The notes: generated by a model from the letters alone, not told the origin. DNA of 64,000 bases from an uncultured delta proteobacterium (GCA_963737265.1 CAVTRY010000011.1:512001-576000), one strand, 5' to 3'. Counted from the stretch's first letter, positions 41,415-52,394 are shown. Numbers and translations are program-made.

Positions 41415-44400
41415 ATGTTTTCCGTTGATGAAGCACCCCAAGTAATCGATGGCCGTTTTAGCCTCGAAGGGGAAAGGATCGCCGGAGGCATGGGCACGGT
41501 CTTCCGAGGTGTGGATCGAACCACCGGAGAAACTGTCGCCGTGAAGATCTCCTCCAGCTCGGGCGCCGAGTTCGGCGATCGATTTCAGCAAGAGGCGAAC
41601 TGCCTGGCCGAGATAGCCCATCCTGCCATCGTGCGCTACATTGCACATGGAAAGACTGCGCGCAACGAGCACTACCTGGTCATGGAATGGTTGGACGGCG
41701 AAACCCTGGAGGATCGCCTGGGCCGCAGGGCCATTCCCCTCGGCATCGCTGTCCACATGATCCGCCGCGTGGCCGAGGCGCTGGCCGCCGCGCACCAGCA
41801 TGGCGTGATCCACCGCGACATCAAGCCCGCTAATATCTTTCTGCCCGATCGGGACACGTCGAGAATCAAGCTGCTCGACTTCGGTATCGCGCGCCGGCTT
41901 TTCGACCCTCCCGCGCTGCGCCTGACCCAGGCGGGCTCGGCCGTGGGCACGCCAATGTATATGTCGCCCGAACAGGCCCAAGGACGGCTCGACATGGATG
42001 GCCGTGCGGACGTGTTTTCTCTCGGTTGCGTCTTCTTCGAGTGTTTGACCGGTCAGCCGCCCTTCCTGGGCGAAACCACGACCGGCACCTTCACCAGGCT
42101 CGCCAGCGATGAACACGTCGATGTCGCCGCCCGTTGCCCAGGCCTGCCGGCGCGCCTTACCGAGCTCCTCCGTCGCATGCTTGCCAAAGCCCCAGGCGAC
42201 CGCCCGTCGTCGATGCGCGAGGTGCTGACGGAAATAGGCAGCATCACGTCCGACCTTCGCGTGACCGGGGTCTATCCGATTGTTCCGCACGAGCGGAGCG
42301 CTACCGCCCAAGAGCCGCTTCTCGTCGCCACGGGCGAGCGACGGCTGTCCGCGGTGATCGTGGTTTCGCCCGGACCGTCCTCGACTCCGCCCGAGCCGCC
42401 CGCCTCCGCGACGACCCGCGCGCCATCGGATGATATGAGGTTGGTGGATATCTCGCGCGAGGTCGGCCACTTCGGTGCGCTCATCCAGTGCCTCGCCAAC
42501 GGCTCGCTGATCGTGAGCTTTGCCGGCGAAGCCCGCACCACACCGCTCGATCTCGCCTCGCGTGCCGCGCGCTGTGCGCTCAAGCTCAAGTCCGTCCGGC
42601 CCAGCTCGTCGTTCGGAATCAGCTTGGGCTACGCGGTCAAAGATGATGAGCTGCGTTTAGGAGGTCTGGTCGACAGCGCCGCCAACCTGCTAGGCCAAAC
42701 TCACCTGGGGGCCATCCATGTAAACCAGGAGGTTCGTCGCCTACTCGAAACCCGGTTCGAAATCGTTGCCGAGCCCGATGGCCGCGCTCGCCTGCTCTTC
42801 GAGAAAGGTCTGCGCGACATTCCCCGCACAGTGCTTGGGCGCGAGGTGCCTTGTTTCGGCCGCGACCGCGAGGTTCGCAATTTGGAAGGCTTGTTCGAGG
42901 AATGCATGGAGGAGTCGTCGGCCCAGGCTATGATCGTGAGCGGCTCACCGGGCTGCGGCAAGTCGCGGGTCGCCCACGAATTCATCGAGCGCGCCCGCGA
43001 CAGCGGCCACGCTTTCGAGCTGCTCGTCGGTCGAGGCGATCCCATGCGCGGCAACGTCTCCCTTGGCCTGCTCGCCCAGGCACTGCAAGGAGCTGCCGGC
43101 ATCAGCGGTACGGAACCTGATGAAATCCAGCGCAAGCGCCTGCGCGCCCACACCACGCGGTTCCTGACAGAAAAGGCTGCGCCCACCACCGCCGCCTTTC
43201 TGGGCGAGATTGCCGGCATCCACTTTCCCGACGACGATCTGCCGCAATTGCGAGCCGCCCGCCAGGACGCGCGCGTGATGGCCGACCAAACCATGGGCGC
43301 CTGGGTCGACTGGCTCGAGGCCGAGGTGCGCCACCATCCGGTGTTGCTTCTGCTCGAGGATCTCCACTGGGGCGACGCGCCCAGCGTGAACTACGTCGAC
43401 ACCGCCTTGCGCGTTCTGCGCCAGCAGCCGCTCATGGTCTTGGCCTTGGCCCGGCCAGAAGTCGACCAGCGTTTTCACGGCCTGTGGCGCGACCGTCAAC
43501 TGCAACACATTGCCCTGTCGCCTCTCACCAACCGGGCCGGCCAAGAGATCGTCCGGCGGGTTCTCGGCGACGTGGCGCCCGAGACCATGGCGTGGCTGCT
43601 CGACAATGCCCAAGGCAATCCGTTCTACCTCGAAGAGTTGGTCCGTGCGGCCGAAGGTCCCGAGCAAGGACAGGCGATTCCAACCACCATCCTCGGCACG
43701 GTTCAGGCGCGCTTCGACGCCGTCGGCGAGGGCGCGAAACTGGTGCTGCGCGCGGCGAGCGTCTTTGGACAAAGCTTTCTCGCCACCGGCGTGAACGCCC
43801 TCGTGGGCGAAATGAGTCCCGAGGATGTGGCCCGCTGGCTGGAGATCCTCGTCGCCAAGGAAATTCTCTTCGCGCGGGCGCTGGGCAGCGCGAGGCAGCA
43901 CGTGTTCCGTCACGCCCTCCTCCACGAAGCCGCCTACGCCATGCTCTCGCCCGAGGACGAAGTGGTGGGCCACCGGCTCGCCGGCATTTTTCTGGAGAAG
44001 AGCGGCGAACGCGAGGCCATCGTGCTGGCCGACCACTTCGAGAGAGGCGCCGACCCGGTGCGCGCCGTTCGTTGGTTGCGCGTGGCCGCCAATCAGGCCA
44101 TGGAGATGGACGATCTGAACGCCGCCATCGAGCGCGTGGAGCGCGGCGCGCGCTTGGGCGCACAAGGCGACGACCTGGCCGAGTTGCGCGTGGTCGAATG
44201 CGAGGCGCACTACTGGAAAGGCGAGTACGCCGACGCCGAGCGCGCGGGCTGGGAGGCGCGCAAGTGTGATAGCCCCAAGCTGGCCTTGCGTGCGGCAAGT
44301 GCGCTCATTTCGGCGCTCGGCGTTCAGACCAAATACGACGAGATTGAGACGCTATCGAAAGAAATCGAGACACGTCCCGAAGATCCGCGGCTGCTGCATG

Positions 44401-45342
44401 CGTGGCTCGTCTGCATGGTCGACGTGACGTCCTACCTGGCGTGGATTGGCAAGCACGAGCTGCGCGAGCGAACGCTGGCCCTTATCGAAGCGGCGGGGCC
44501 GGAAGTCGATCCCTTCTTGCTCGGAAGGGCGCATTCCATGCGTTCCCACGTCGCTCGCAGCGCGGGCAAGCTGGGGGACGCATTGGTTCATGTCCGCCAA
44601 GCCCACGAGGCCTTCGAGCAGGCTGGCCACCGTCGCGAGGCGTTCGAGGCGCTTGCGAATCTTGGCGTGTCCCAGCTTGAGATTGGTCTCCTCGATGAGG
44701 CTGAATCCAGCATGCGCAGGCTTGCTCGGCTCTGTTGAAAGGATGGGGCTCGACGGGATGCTCGGCGGAATCCTGCAAGCGCTAACGAACATTCTCGCCT
44801 ACCAGGGATGTATCGACGAAGCTCGCGCCGTTGGCCAGCGGGCGGTCGCATTGACCCGGCACCAAGGCGACGCGCACTTCCAGGGTTCGGCAGAAATCTA
44901 TTTGGCCCTGGTGGAATTCATGGCCGGCCAGCATGCCGCCGCGGAGCAGCTTTCCCGCCAGGCGCTCGTTTCCTTCCAGGGCAACCCAATGATGGCACCA
45001 TTCCCACAAGCCATGCTGGCCCGGATACTTTTGGCCAGCGGGCGAATCGCCGAAGCCTCCGAGCTCGCTCAAACCGCCCACGACCAGCTCGAGTCCTTGG
45101 GGACGGTCGACGACGGCGAGGCAACCATTCGTCTGGCCCACGTGGAGTGCCTGCTAGCTAGCGGCGACACCACCTTGGCCGATGCCACTCTCGGCAAAGC
45201 CATTGAGCGCCTTCTGGCGCAGACCGCCAACATCGGAGATCACGCATGGCGCTGCGCCTTCTTAGAGAAAATTCCGGAAAATCGCCGTCTTGTTGAGATG
45301 GCCAACCAACGAGGGCTCGCGCCTCCCTCCACGCGTTGTTGA
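41415..45342 (+). CDS. Ser/Thr kinase - degenerate cyclase-like - AAA/STAND ATPase - TPR protein (frameshift near 44718)
   Basis: GGMGTV, HRDIKPAN, DFG, GTPMYMSPEQ, GSPGCGKS, LLEDLHW, GNPFYLEEL, FRHALL. The TPR tail continues in the 44446 frame. Confidence 0.88.
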
Positions 45343-45346
45343 CTGA

Positions 45347-45511
45347 AGAACTGTCCAAAAATTGGATAGTTCTTCAGCAGCCGAGCCAAGGGCCCGGCCG
45401 CAGGTGGGGTGAAGTCCGCGAATTTACTTCGCGGACGAGGGGAGGGCCGCGGCCCTCCCTTCAACAATCTTCAAGACGGGTCCATTTGTGGACACATTTA
45501 TGGACACGTCT
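45347..45511. mobile_element. 165-bp MITE-like element, copy 1
   Basis: Near-identical to 53098-53262. Imperfect TIRs AGAACTGTCCAAAAAT / AGACGTGTCCATAAAT, flanked by TGA direct repeats (45344-46, 45512-14). Confidence 0.85.
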
Positions 45512-45566
45512 TGAGTCTTAACCCTGTTTCTGCCAAAATTCTTTCCACTCGTGATAGCGTCCGGCC

Positions 45567-45797
45567 ATGGCCAAATCACCCTGCCCCATCTCGAAGACGC
45601 AGTTCCTGGACAAGGCCGAGGCGGTGAAGATCACCATCGGCAGCGCCGAAATCATCGCCGACAAGCGCGAGTTTTCGACCGGATCGTTCGGCTGGTACTA
45701 CAACGGCAAGACCACCGTCACCGTCGACGGCAAAACGCTTTCGGTGCAGATCGGATTGAATCTGACCGTGGTCGGCAGCAAAGAAGCGGATCGATAG
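45567..45797 (+). CDS. Small hypothetical protein
   Basis: 76 aa with GC3-rich codon use. FSTGSFGWY and QIGLNLTVVGSK look like conserved motifs. Confidence 0.7.
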   Translation: MAKSPCPISKTQFLDKAEAVKITIGSAEIIADKREFSTGSFGWYYNGKTTVTVDGKTLSVQIGLNLTVVGSKEADR

Positions 45798-45841
45798 GAA
45801 CCGGATCGGCATCAAATGATGGGGCTGAAGACGTCGCCCCG

Positions 45842-47380
45842 TCAAATGTCGGCATCGACGATTTCCTTGACTGCAGCCTTGAGATCCGCCGCCAGGTAGG
45901 GTTTGGATAGCAGGCGTCGGACGCCTCGCTTTTTCAGCTCGTCAATGGACATCGACTCACCGATGCCCGACACCATCAAGACGGGCATGTCCGGCCGAAT
46001 GGCGAGAACCTGCTCGATGAGCTCCAAACCCGTCATGTGCGGCATGGTGTTGTCGGTGACGAGCAGGGCGAAGCGTTCAGGTTGCGATCGAAACGTCTCC
46101 AGGGCCTGCATGCTTGACGTGTGCGCCGTTACCTCGAATCCATCCGACTCGAGAACGCGTTGACCGAGCTTGGCTAGGCGAGCCTCATCGTCGACCAGCA
46201 AGATGCGGCGCTGGCCCGGTCGACTGGCACTTCCGTTTTCCACCACGAGCGAATCGGGTGATGCGGCCGGGAGGTAGACGTCGAAGCGCGTGCCCTCGCC
46301 CACGCGACTCTTGACTTCGATGACCCCGCCGAGCGATCGAACGATGCGGTTGATCACCGAAAGTCCCAAACCGGTGCCTTCGCCCGGCGGCTTGGTCGTG
46401 AAAAATGGCTCGAAGATGCGGTCGAGCACGTCGCTCGGAATTCCCGTTCCAGTGTCCGAAACGCTGAGCCGAACGTGGAGACCCACGTGCATGCCAGGAT
46501 GATCCATGGCGAAAAGTTGGTCCACTGTCACGGGTCCGACGCGAATTTCGAGCGCTCCGCCCAGCTTCCTCATGGCGTGGGCGGCGTTGGTGGCGAGGTT
46601 CATCGCGATCTGGTGCAGCTCATTGCCGTCGGCTACCACGCGCGGAGTAGTCGGATCGAAACCCTCACGGATCTCAATGTTGGGCGGCAAGGTTGCGCGC
46701 AGAAGCTGGATGGCTTCGCGCACGGGCGCCTCGAAGTTGGTTGGAACGCGCGCCGGCTCGTTTTTGCGCGTGAAGAACAAAATGCGGTTCACCAAATCGC
46801 GTCCCCGCCGGGCGGTGTCGAGCACCACGTCCAAATCGGCGCTGACCGAGCTCATGCTGGCAACCGCCTCGCGCGCCAATTCGGTGTACCCGATGATACC
46901 GAGCAGAATGTTGTTGAAGTCGTGGGCGATGCCGGCGGCCAGATTGCCGATGGCCTCCAGCTTGTGCGTCTGGCGCAGCCTTTCCTCCAGGTGACGTCGC
47001 TCGCTGACGTCCACGATGGTGCCCAGGATGAAGACGCCCTCGCGAGTGGAAATGGGCGACAGCCCTATCTCGACGGGGATGTCGCGTCCGTCCTTGTGGC
47101 GCGCGAACAACTCCCGGCCGGCGCCCATGCGCCGAGACGTGGGGATGGCGGTGTATTGCTCGCGCAGCTTGGCGTGACCGGCGGCAAAATGGTCGGGCAC
47201 GAGCATCTCGACCGGCTGGCCGAGGATCTCGTCGCGCGCGTACCCAAACAACCGCTCCACCTCTTGGTTGACGACCGTGATCCGTCCCGACCCGTCGACG
47301 ACTATCAGCCCCGACGGACAGCGCTCGAACGCAGTCCGAATGAACTCGTCGGTTGCGTCCCGTGGGATCGTGTCGGACAT
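45842..47380 (-). CDS. PAS hybrid histidine kinase / response regulator
   Basis: PAS (RHKDG..IPVEI), AHDFNNIL, FFTTK..GTGLGL, C-terminal receiver domain. Confidence 0.92.
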   Translation of the reverse strand: MSDTIPRDATDEFIRTAFERCPSGLIVVDGSGRITVVNQEVERLFGYARDEILGQPVEMLVPDHFAAGHAKLREQYTAIPTSRRMGAGRELFARHKDGRDIPVEIGLSPISTREGVFILGTIVDVSERRHLEERLRQTHKLEAIGNLAAGIAHDFNNILLGIIGYTELAREAVASMSSVSADLDVVLDTARRGRDLVNRILFFTRKNEPARVPTNFEAPVREAIQLLRATLPPNIEIREGFDPTTPRVVADGNELHQIAMNLATNAAHAMRKLGGALEIRVGPVTVDQLFAMDHPGMHVGLHVRLSVSDTGTGIPSDVLDRIFEPFFTTKPPGEGTGLGLSVINRIVRSLGGVIEVKSRVGEGTRFDVYLPAASPDSLVVENGSASRPGQRRILLVDDEARLAKLGQRVLESDGFEVTAHTSSMQALETFRSQPERFALLVTDNTMPHMTGLELIEQVLAIRPDMPVLMVSGIGESMSIDELKKRGVRRLLSKPYLAADLKAAVKEIVDADI

Positions 47381-47473
47381 GAATGACCTCGGCGAAAAAT
47401 TCAACCTAGCATGGGCAAGCGCTGGCGCCAGACATCAGTGAGACCGCGCCGTTGCCGCCCACGACCTTGCCGT

Positions 47474-48628
47474 CTAGAAATGATCGTCGCCGTTGTAGGA
47501 CGAAACCGATCCACGGCTGCGCGCCGCAATAGCCTCGTCCCAAGGCGCAACCTGCCAGTTGTCGTGCTTCCTTTCCGCATGCAGCCACGGCGGCAGGACA
47601 ATGAGCAGACGGCGCGCTATAGCCTCCACATACGGCTCGTACATCGCCCGGAGCGCGGCCAACTTTTGCTCGGCCTCGGTGCCGTCGCGTAGCTTGAGCC
47701 CCTTGTCGGACAGCACCTGCCGCAGCCGCGCCAGCTCCTCGGCAGGCAGGCGGTTGGGGACCGGTGGAACGTACTTGGCGCGGACCACCTGAGAGAGATC
47801 GACGACGGCATGTCTCGCCATCGCGAACGTCATTTTGGCCTGCTCGCGTGGGATGCCGTCGACACCCACAATAACCAGGGTCGTCGCGTCCAGAATCGTC
47901 GTCAGCGCCGCGAGCCACGACTGGTTGTTGTGCTGCGAACGAAAGAACCCGAGCACCGGATACGACAAATGGCTCTCGAGAACCTCGGCAGACCAATGTT
48001 CCCAGTCGTGAAAGATTCGGTCCAATTCGTCGTAAGGCGGGCATTGGCAATAGCGCCGCAACAACTCGGCCGCGGTCGGAGGCGATCCGGCGCGCGCATC
48101 CAACAAGGAAATTTCGATTTCCCGACGAGAGAAGGCCGAGTAAATCGTCGGTAGGTAGCCGATGACGATGCCCAGGAAGGCAAAACCCATTCCTGCCTCC
48201 AGCACGGCCAAGCCGCGCGACAAGCCTGAGCTCGGAACAATGTCTCCGTATCCCAGAGTAAAGAACGTCTCGCCGCTGTGATAGAGCAAAAGGCCGAAGT
48301 TCAGGCGAACGCTCGACAGGAGGAGCTGCGCACCGGCTCCGTACTGCAGGAGCGCAAAGGCGAAGATCAGGCCGGCGGCCCACAGCGCGAGAAGAAAAAT
48401 CAATGACAGCGGTCCGAAGTAGCCAAGAAAGGCTTCGCGCCGACCCTGTGACTCGATCCTTCTTGTTATTGCCGCCCACGGCCTCCAGGTCAGCTGATAG
48501 AACCACGACGTCAGACGTAGCTGTCGGCGTACTCGCCGAGGCAGGACGACCGTCTCGAGCGCGTCCAGCAAGACGACCAACAGGACAACGAGACCCGCAA
48601 GCGCGGAAAGAATGCGAAGCGCAAACAT
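47474..48628 (-). CDS. Ion channel family protein (Ion_trans_2, K+ channel-like)
   Basis: TM helices around TFFTLGYGD selectivity-filter motif, then ESHLSYPVL..FRSQH. Confidence 0.8.
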   Translation of the reverse strand: MFALRILSALAGLVVLLVVLLDALETVVLPRRVRRQLRLTSWFYQLTWRPWAAITRRIESQGRREAFLGYFGPLSLIFLLALWAAGLIFAFALLQYGAGAQLLLSSVRLNFGLLLYHSGETFFTLGYGDIVPSSGLSRGLAVLEAGMGFAFLGIVIGYLPTIYSAFSRREIEISLLDARAGSPPTAAELLRRYCQCPPYDELDRIFHDWEHWSAEVLESHLSYPVLGFFRSQHNNQSWLAALTTILDATTLVIVGVDGIPREQAKMTFAMARHAVVDLSQVVRAKYVPPVPNRLPAEELARLRQVLSDKGLKLRDGTEAEQKLAALRAMYEPYVEAIARRLLIVLPPWLHAERKHDNWQVAPWDEAIAARSRGSVSSYNGDDHF

Positions 48629-48685
48629 CGAGGCGAGGAGCCTAGCATGGCCTGGCGCCGACGGACGCCCAGGGAAAAACTGCCC

Positions 48686-48973
48686 CTACGCCGCGAAAGC
48701 GCGCCTGAGCTTGCGAACGAGGCGATAGAGCCCCCACGCCCTACCCGCCCAGCGCAAAGCTCGGCGCGGCTGTACGACGGCGAAAGCCAGCGTCGCTACC
48801 AGCAGCAGCCCCTTGCTCGCCGCGAGGAACCTGACCGTGGTCACGGCGGCATCGACCAAACCCAAAAGGTTTCGCTGGCTGTCGAGCAGTAAGCGAACCG
48901 ACGCGCGTTCCGATCGGGCGCGTTCCACGAGCTCCCCGCGACGGCGTCGGATTTCGGTCAGCGACAGATTCAC
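48686..48973 (-). CDS. YqjK-like protein
   Basis: Arg-rich N-terminus, one TM, RWAGRAWGLY. Third gene of a yqjD/E/K-like trio. Confidence 0.65.
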   Translation of the reverse strand: MNLSLTEIRRRRGELVERARSERASVRLLLDSQRNLLGLVDAAVTTVRFLAASKGLLLVATLAFAVVQPRRALRWAGRAWGLYRLVRKLRRAFAA

Positions 48974-49371
48974 GTGTCCCGCTCCAGACTCTGTCGATCC
49001 TTGGCGAGGGCCTCCACGGTCTCACTCAGCGGGCGTTGGTGGCTGCGCGCGATGACGACCAGCACGATCGCGCTAACCACACCGAGACCAAGAAAAAGGC
49101 CACTTAGCAAGCCAAGAACCGCCAGCCGGTCCGAGTCCCAGTACAGCACGACCACGAAGACCGACAGCAGGACGATGCCCAGGCCAAGACAGAACAGCGT
49201 CGCGACACCGACCAGAAGCAATCGACTAAGGCGAATCCGCTCCTCTTCCAGCTCGGTCCCAAGGATTCCCACCCGCGTCTCGGCCGCCGACACCAGCACG
49301 GCGAGCAGATGGCTTGCCGACGCGAGTAGCCCATGGGGCATGCCCGGGTCCGCGGGTTCGTCAGCCATCAC
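48970..49371 (-). CDS. YqjE / phage-holin-family membrane protein
   Basis: TRVGILGTELEEE, two TMs, YWD..RL, LAKDR. Confidence 0.75.
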   Translation of the reverse strand: MMADEPADPGMPHGLLASASHLLAVLVSAAETRVGILGTELEEERIRLSRLLLVGVATLFCLGLGIVLLSVFVVVLYWDSDRLAVLGLLSGLFLGLGVVSAIVLVVIARSHQRPLSETVEALAKDRQSLERDT

Positions 49372-49403
49372 CGCCAGCCATCACCGTCAGCCATGTTGGA
49401 GCT

Positions 49404-49715
49404 CTAGCGGCGACCGACGAGCAGACCGATGAGAAGCCCGGCGCCCGCGGCGATCCCTATTGCCTTCCACGGGTTTTCGTGGACATAGGCGTCGGTGGCG
49501 CGCGCGGCGGCCTTCGTCTGCTTGACCGCCTTGTCCTCGATCACCGCGAGCTTGGCCTTAGCTTGATCGAGCCCGCGCTGCACCTTGTCCCGGACCGCCG
49601 CGACCTTCTCGCCGGCTTGCCCGGCCGTGAGCTTCAGCAGCTCTTCGGCGTCGGTTACCACCAACTTCAGATCGGCCACGAGTTTGTCCTTGGTTACGAT
49701 GTCCGTTCCATCCAT
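49404..49715 (-). CDS. ElaB/YqjD/DUF883 family protein
   Basis: DAEELLK, TDAYVHENPWKAIGIAAGAGLLIGLLVGRR. Confidence 0.9.
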   Translation of the reverse strand: MDGTDIVTKDKLVADLKLVVTDAEELLKLTAGQAGEKVAAVRDKVQRGLDQAKAKLAVIEDKAVKQTKAAARATDAYVHENPWKAIGIAAGAGLLIGLLVGRR

Positions 49716-49929
49716 GGTGAAACCTCCTCGGAAATTCTGATTACTATCCGCCTCGCGCGTTTCGTCCAACCGCACAAATATCAGAGTACCGCGCCAATAG
49801 TGTCGGGGCAAGCACACGAGGGCCGCACACGAGGACCGCCGTAATCCCGCGGCAAGGGTAGCGAAGCCGCGGGGCGCCTCTCGCAAGGGGTAGCCCAAGG
49901 CGAAATTTCTCGCCCAGTCGGCTGACGAA

Positions 49930-50130
49930 TGGTGGTCGTGGCCGCAGACGTGGTCGTGGCCACCACACCACCGGTGCTGGTCACGTTTGGGTCGTGGTTC
50001 CCGTCACCGTGGCCGTTGCCGTCACCGTGGCGGTCGCGGTATGGGTAGCGGTCGCGGTGTGCGTCGTCGTGGCCGTCTGACTAACGGGTGACTGTCACGG
50101 TCTGCGTGGCCGTGGTGGTCGCCGTATGGG
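49930..50130. repeat. Intergenic degenerate hexamer-periodic tract (GTGGYC/GTCGCG-type)
   Basis: Runs such as gtggtcgtggccg, ccgtcaccgtggc (x2) and gcggtcgcggt (x2) between the GGDEF stop and the elaB upstream region. Confidence 0.5.
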
Positions 50131-50167
50131 AAGCACGACGACGCGGCTACCGCCGCTCGCCTGCCGC

Positions 50168-52357
50168 CTACGGGCCGGCGACGACTTTCAGCGCGGGCGA
50201 CGCGCGCTGGACTTCGCCGTGGCAGACAGTGCGGTTGCGGCCGCCGTGCTTGGCGGCGTAGAGCGCCTTGTCGGCGCAAGCAATGATCTCCTGCTTCACC
50301 TTGCTGTCGTCGGGGTAGACAGCCACGCCCAGGGAAAGCGTCGCGTTGAACGGGCCCTTGCTCGACTCGAAGGCCTGCGCGGCGACTTCCTCGCGAATGC
50401 GCTCGGCCAGTTGACGGGCGCCGGCGCGGTCGGTGCCTTCGAGGACGAGCGCGAATTCCTCGCCGCCGTAACGGGCGACGATGTCGATCTTGCGCGCGCT
50501 GGCTTTGAGGATAGCGGCGACCCGCTTGAGCACGGCGTCGCCGGTGGGGTGGCCGTAGGTGTCGTTGACCTTCTTGAAGTGGTCGATGTCGGTGAGCAAA
50601 AAGGCGACGCGGAGCTTGTGTCGGTCGGCGCGCCCGAGCATGGCGGAGAAACGTTCCTGGAAGGTGCGGTGGTTCACGAGGCCGGTCAGGCCGTCGGTGG
50701 TGGCCTGCTCTTCCAGCGATTGCACCATGCGGCCGTTCTGCAGCGAGATCGCGACCTGGTTGGCCACCACGCCCAGCATTTCGCGCCGGTCGCTCGGGAA
50801 GGCGCCCGGCCGGTGCGCCGCCACGGTGAAGGTGCCAAGGACCTCGTCCTTTACCAGCAGGGGCAAAACGTAGAGCGATTCGAAGCCCCTGATGCGCTCG
50901 CTGCCGTCGAAGATGTGCGTCTCGTGGCGATCGCGCCATTCGCCGCTCGCCGGCAGGGCCAACTTGTTCTTCACCACCATGGACGCGACCGACGCGGTGT
51001 CGCGGTGGCGCGTGCCCACCAATGCCTCGCTGCCCTCGCCCACGGCCTGGCTGATGACGTGACTTCCGTCGCGCCGGTCAAATTCGGTGAGAGCAACGAA
51101 ATCGAAGTCGCACACGCCGCGCGCGCCTTCGATGGCAGCGGCGTAGATTTCGTCCAGGGTCAGGGCGCGATTGAGCGCAGTCGAGGCACGATAAAAGCGC
51201 TCGTGCTCGTGCTTGGAGCGCTCGATGGCCTGGAACACGCGCTCGGACTGCACGATGCGCATGATCTGCGCCGCCGCCGAAACAAACAGATCGGTCTCGA
51301 CGGGCGTAAATAGAGGCCCAGTCGCACGGTCGCCGAGCAGCAACCCGCGCGGCGTCCGCCCTTCGAAAATGGGCACGCCCACGAAGGCCGAAACCTCTTC
51401 CGGTCCTTGGTAGTAAGGCAGGAGCGTCGGCTTGGGCGATTCGATCATGCACGGCCGGCCGTCTTTGAGAACCGCCGCGAACACGCCCGCGCGCGCGGAC
51501 AGCGAGCCTTCCGCGAGGCTGTGCGCCGAGGTCGACAGTTCCTTGAGCTTGAGCTTTTCGCCCGAGCTGTCCAGCCACAGCAGCGCGCAGGTCTTGAGGC
51601 CGAGCGCGTGGCGCAGCAGCTCCACGGTGTGAAGGAGCTGCTGGTGGATGGTTTCGATGGAGCCCTGGGAAAGTTTTTCCTCTTCCTCGGCGCGCGTGCG
51701 CAAGCGGCTGTCGGGGGCGAGCCCGGGCGATATCAGGCGAAAGTCGCGCGCTTCCTCGCGCATGAAGAGCACTTCTTCTTCGAGACGCTTGCGGTGCTCG
51801 CGCCGCTGGCGCGCGACCTCGGCGTGCAGGAAGGCGACATTGAGGATGGCGAAGACCGCGATGAAGCCGGCGTGGCCGGGAAACACGGCGACCGCGCCGG
51901 GGGCCGCGCCCGGTCCAAAGGCCAGCACGGACTCGAAGCCCAGCGCCGCGGCGGCGAGCGGCATGCCGGTTTTCAGCGGATGGAAGGTCACCAGGAAGCT
52001 GACCAGGGCATAGACCATCGGATAGATGGGCGATGTGCTTCCGCCCAGCACGGAGAGAAAGACGTAGGTCGCGGACAGCAGCAGCAGGCCGAGCTCGATG
52101 TCCGAAAGCATCTCGCGCCGCTGGCTGCGCCGCCGCTCGCCCATCGACACGCGCGCCGCCACCTTGATGGCGAGAGCGCCCGCCAACAGCGCCGCGGCTA
52201 GGGCACGGGTGTAATCCGCGCTGGGCTGGCGTAGATCCGGAAACCAGCCTTTCCACAGCAGCACGACCACCACGGCGACGAGGGCCGTTCCCCACAGGGC
52301 GCGAAATGTGCGCTGGATTTCAAAGGCTACCCGCGTACGGATCTTTTGCAGCCTCAT
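50168..52357 (-). CDS. Membrane diguanylate cyclase with two GAF domains
   Basis: N-terminal TMs, GAF x2, DIDHFKKVND, RKID I-site, RYGGEEF. Confidence 0.92.
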   Translation of the reverse strand: MRLQKIRTRVAFEIQRTFRALWGTALVAVVVVLLWKGWFPDLRQPSADYTRALAAALLAGALAIKVAARVSMGERRRSQRREMLSDIELGLLLLSATYVFLSVLGGSTSPIYPMVYALVSFLVTFHPLKTGMPLAAAALGFESVLAFGPGAAPGAVAVFPGHAGFIAVFAILNVAFLHAEVARQRREHRKRLEEEVLFMREEARDFRLISPGLAPDSRLRTRAEEEEKLSQGSIETIHQQLLHTVELLRHALGLKTCALLWLDSSGEKLKLKELSTSAHSLAEGSLSARAGVFAAVLKDGRPCMIESPKPTLLPYYQGPEEVSAFVGVPIFEGRTPRGLLLGDRATGPLFTPVETDLFVSAAAQIMRIVQSERVFQAIERSKHEHERFYRASTALNRALTLDEIYAAAIEGARGVCDFDFVALTEFDRRDGSHVISQAVGEGSEALVGTRHRDTASVASMVVKNKLALPASGEWRDRHETHIFDGSERIRGFESLYVLPLLVKDEVLGTFTVAAHRPGAFPSDRREMLGVVANQVAISLQNGRMVQSLEEQATTDGLTGLVNHRTFQERFSAMLGRADRHKLRVAFLLTDIDHFKKVNDTYGHPTGDAVLKRVAAILKASARKIDIVARYGGEEFALVLEGTDRAGARQLAERIREEVAAQAFESSKGPFNATLSLGVAVYPDDSKVKQEIIACADKALYAAKHGGRNRTVCHGEVQRASPALKVVAGP

Positions 52358-52394
52358 CGCTTTCGCCTCATCGCTTTCGCCCCATGGTCGCGGC

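Noticed and set aside
44700-44740. Programmed frameshift or Sec read-through in the large kinase (also prkA and the Cys-rich protein)
   Set aside because: The continuation is in another frame with no slippery heptamer or SECIS seen. Single-base errors are common in this window.
48970-49371. Prophage holin
   Set aside because: The context is the elaB/yqjE/yqjK trio and no phage genes are nearby.
49840-49915. c-di-GMP (GEMM) riboswitch near the diguanylate cyclase
   Set aside because: Hairpins are present, but the GEMM consensus motifs could not be matched on the strand of the downstream gene.
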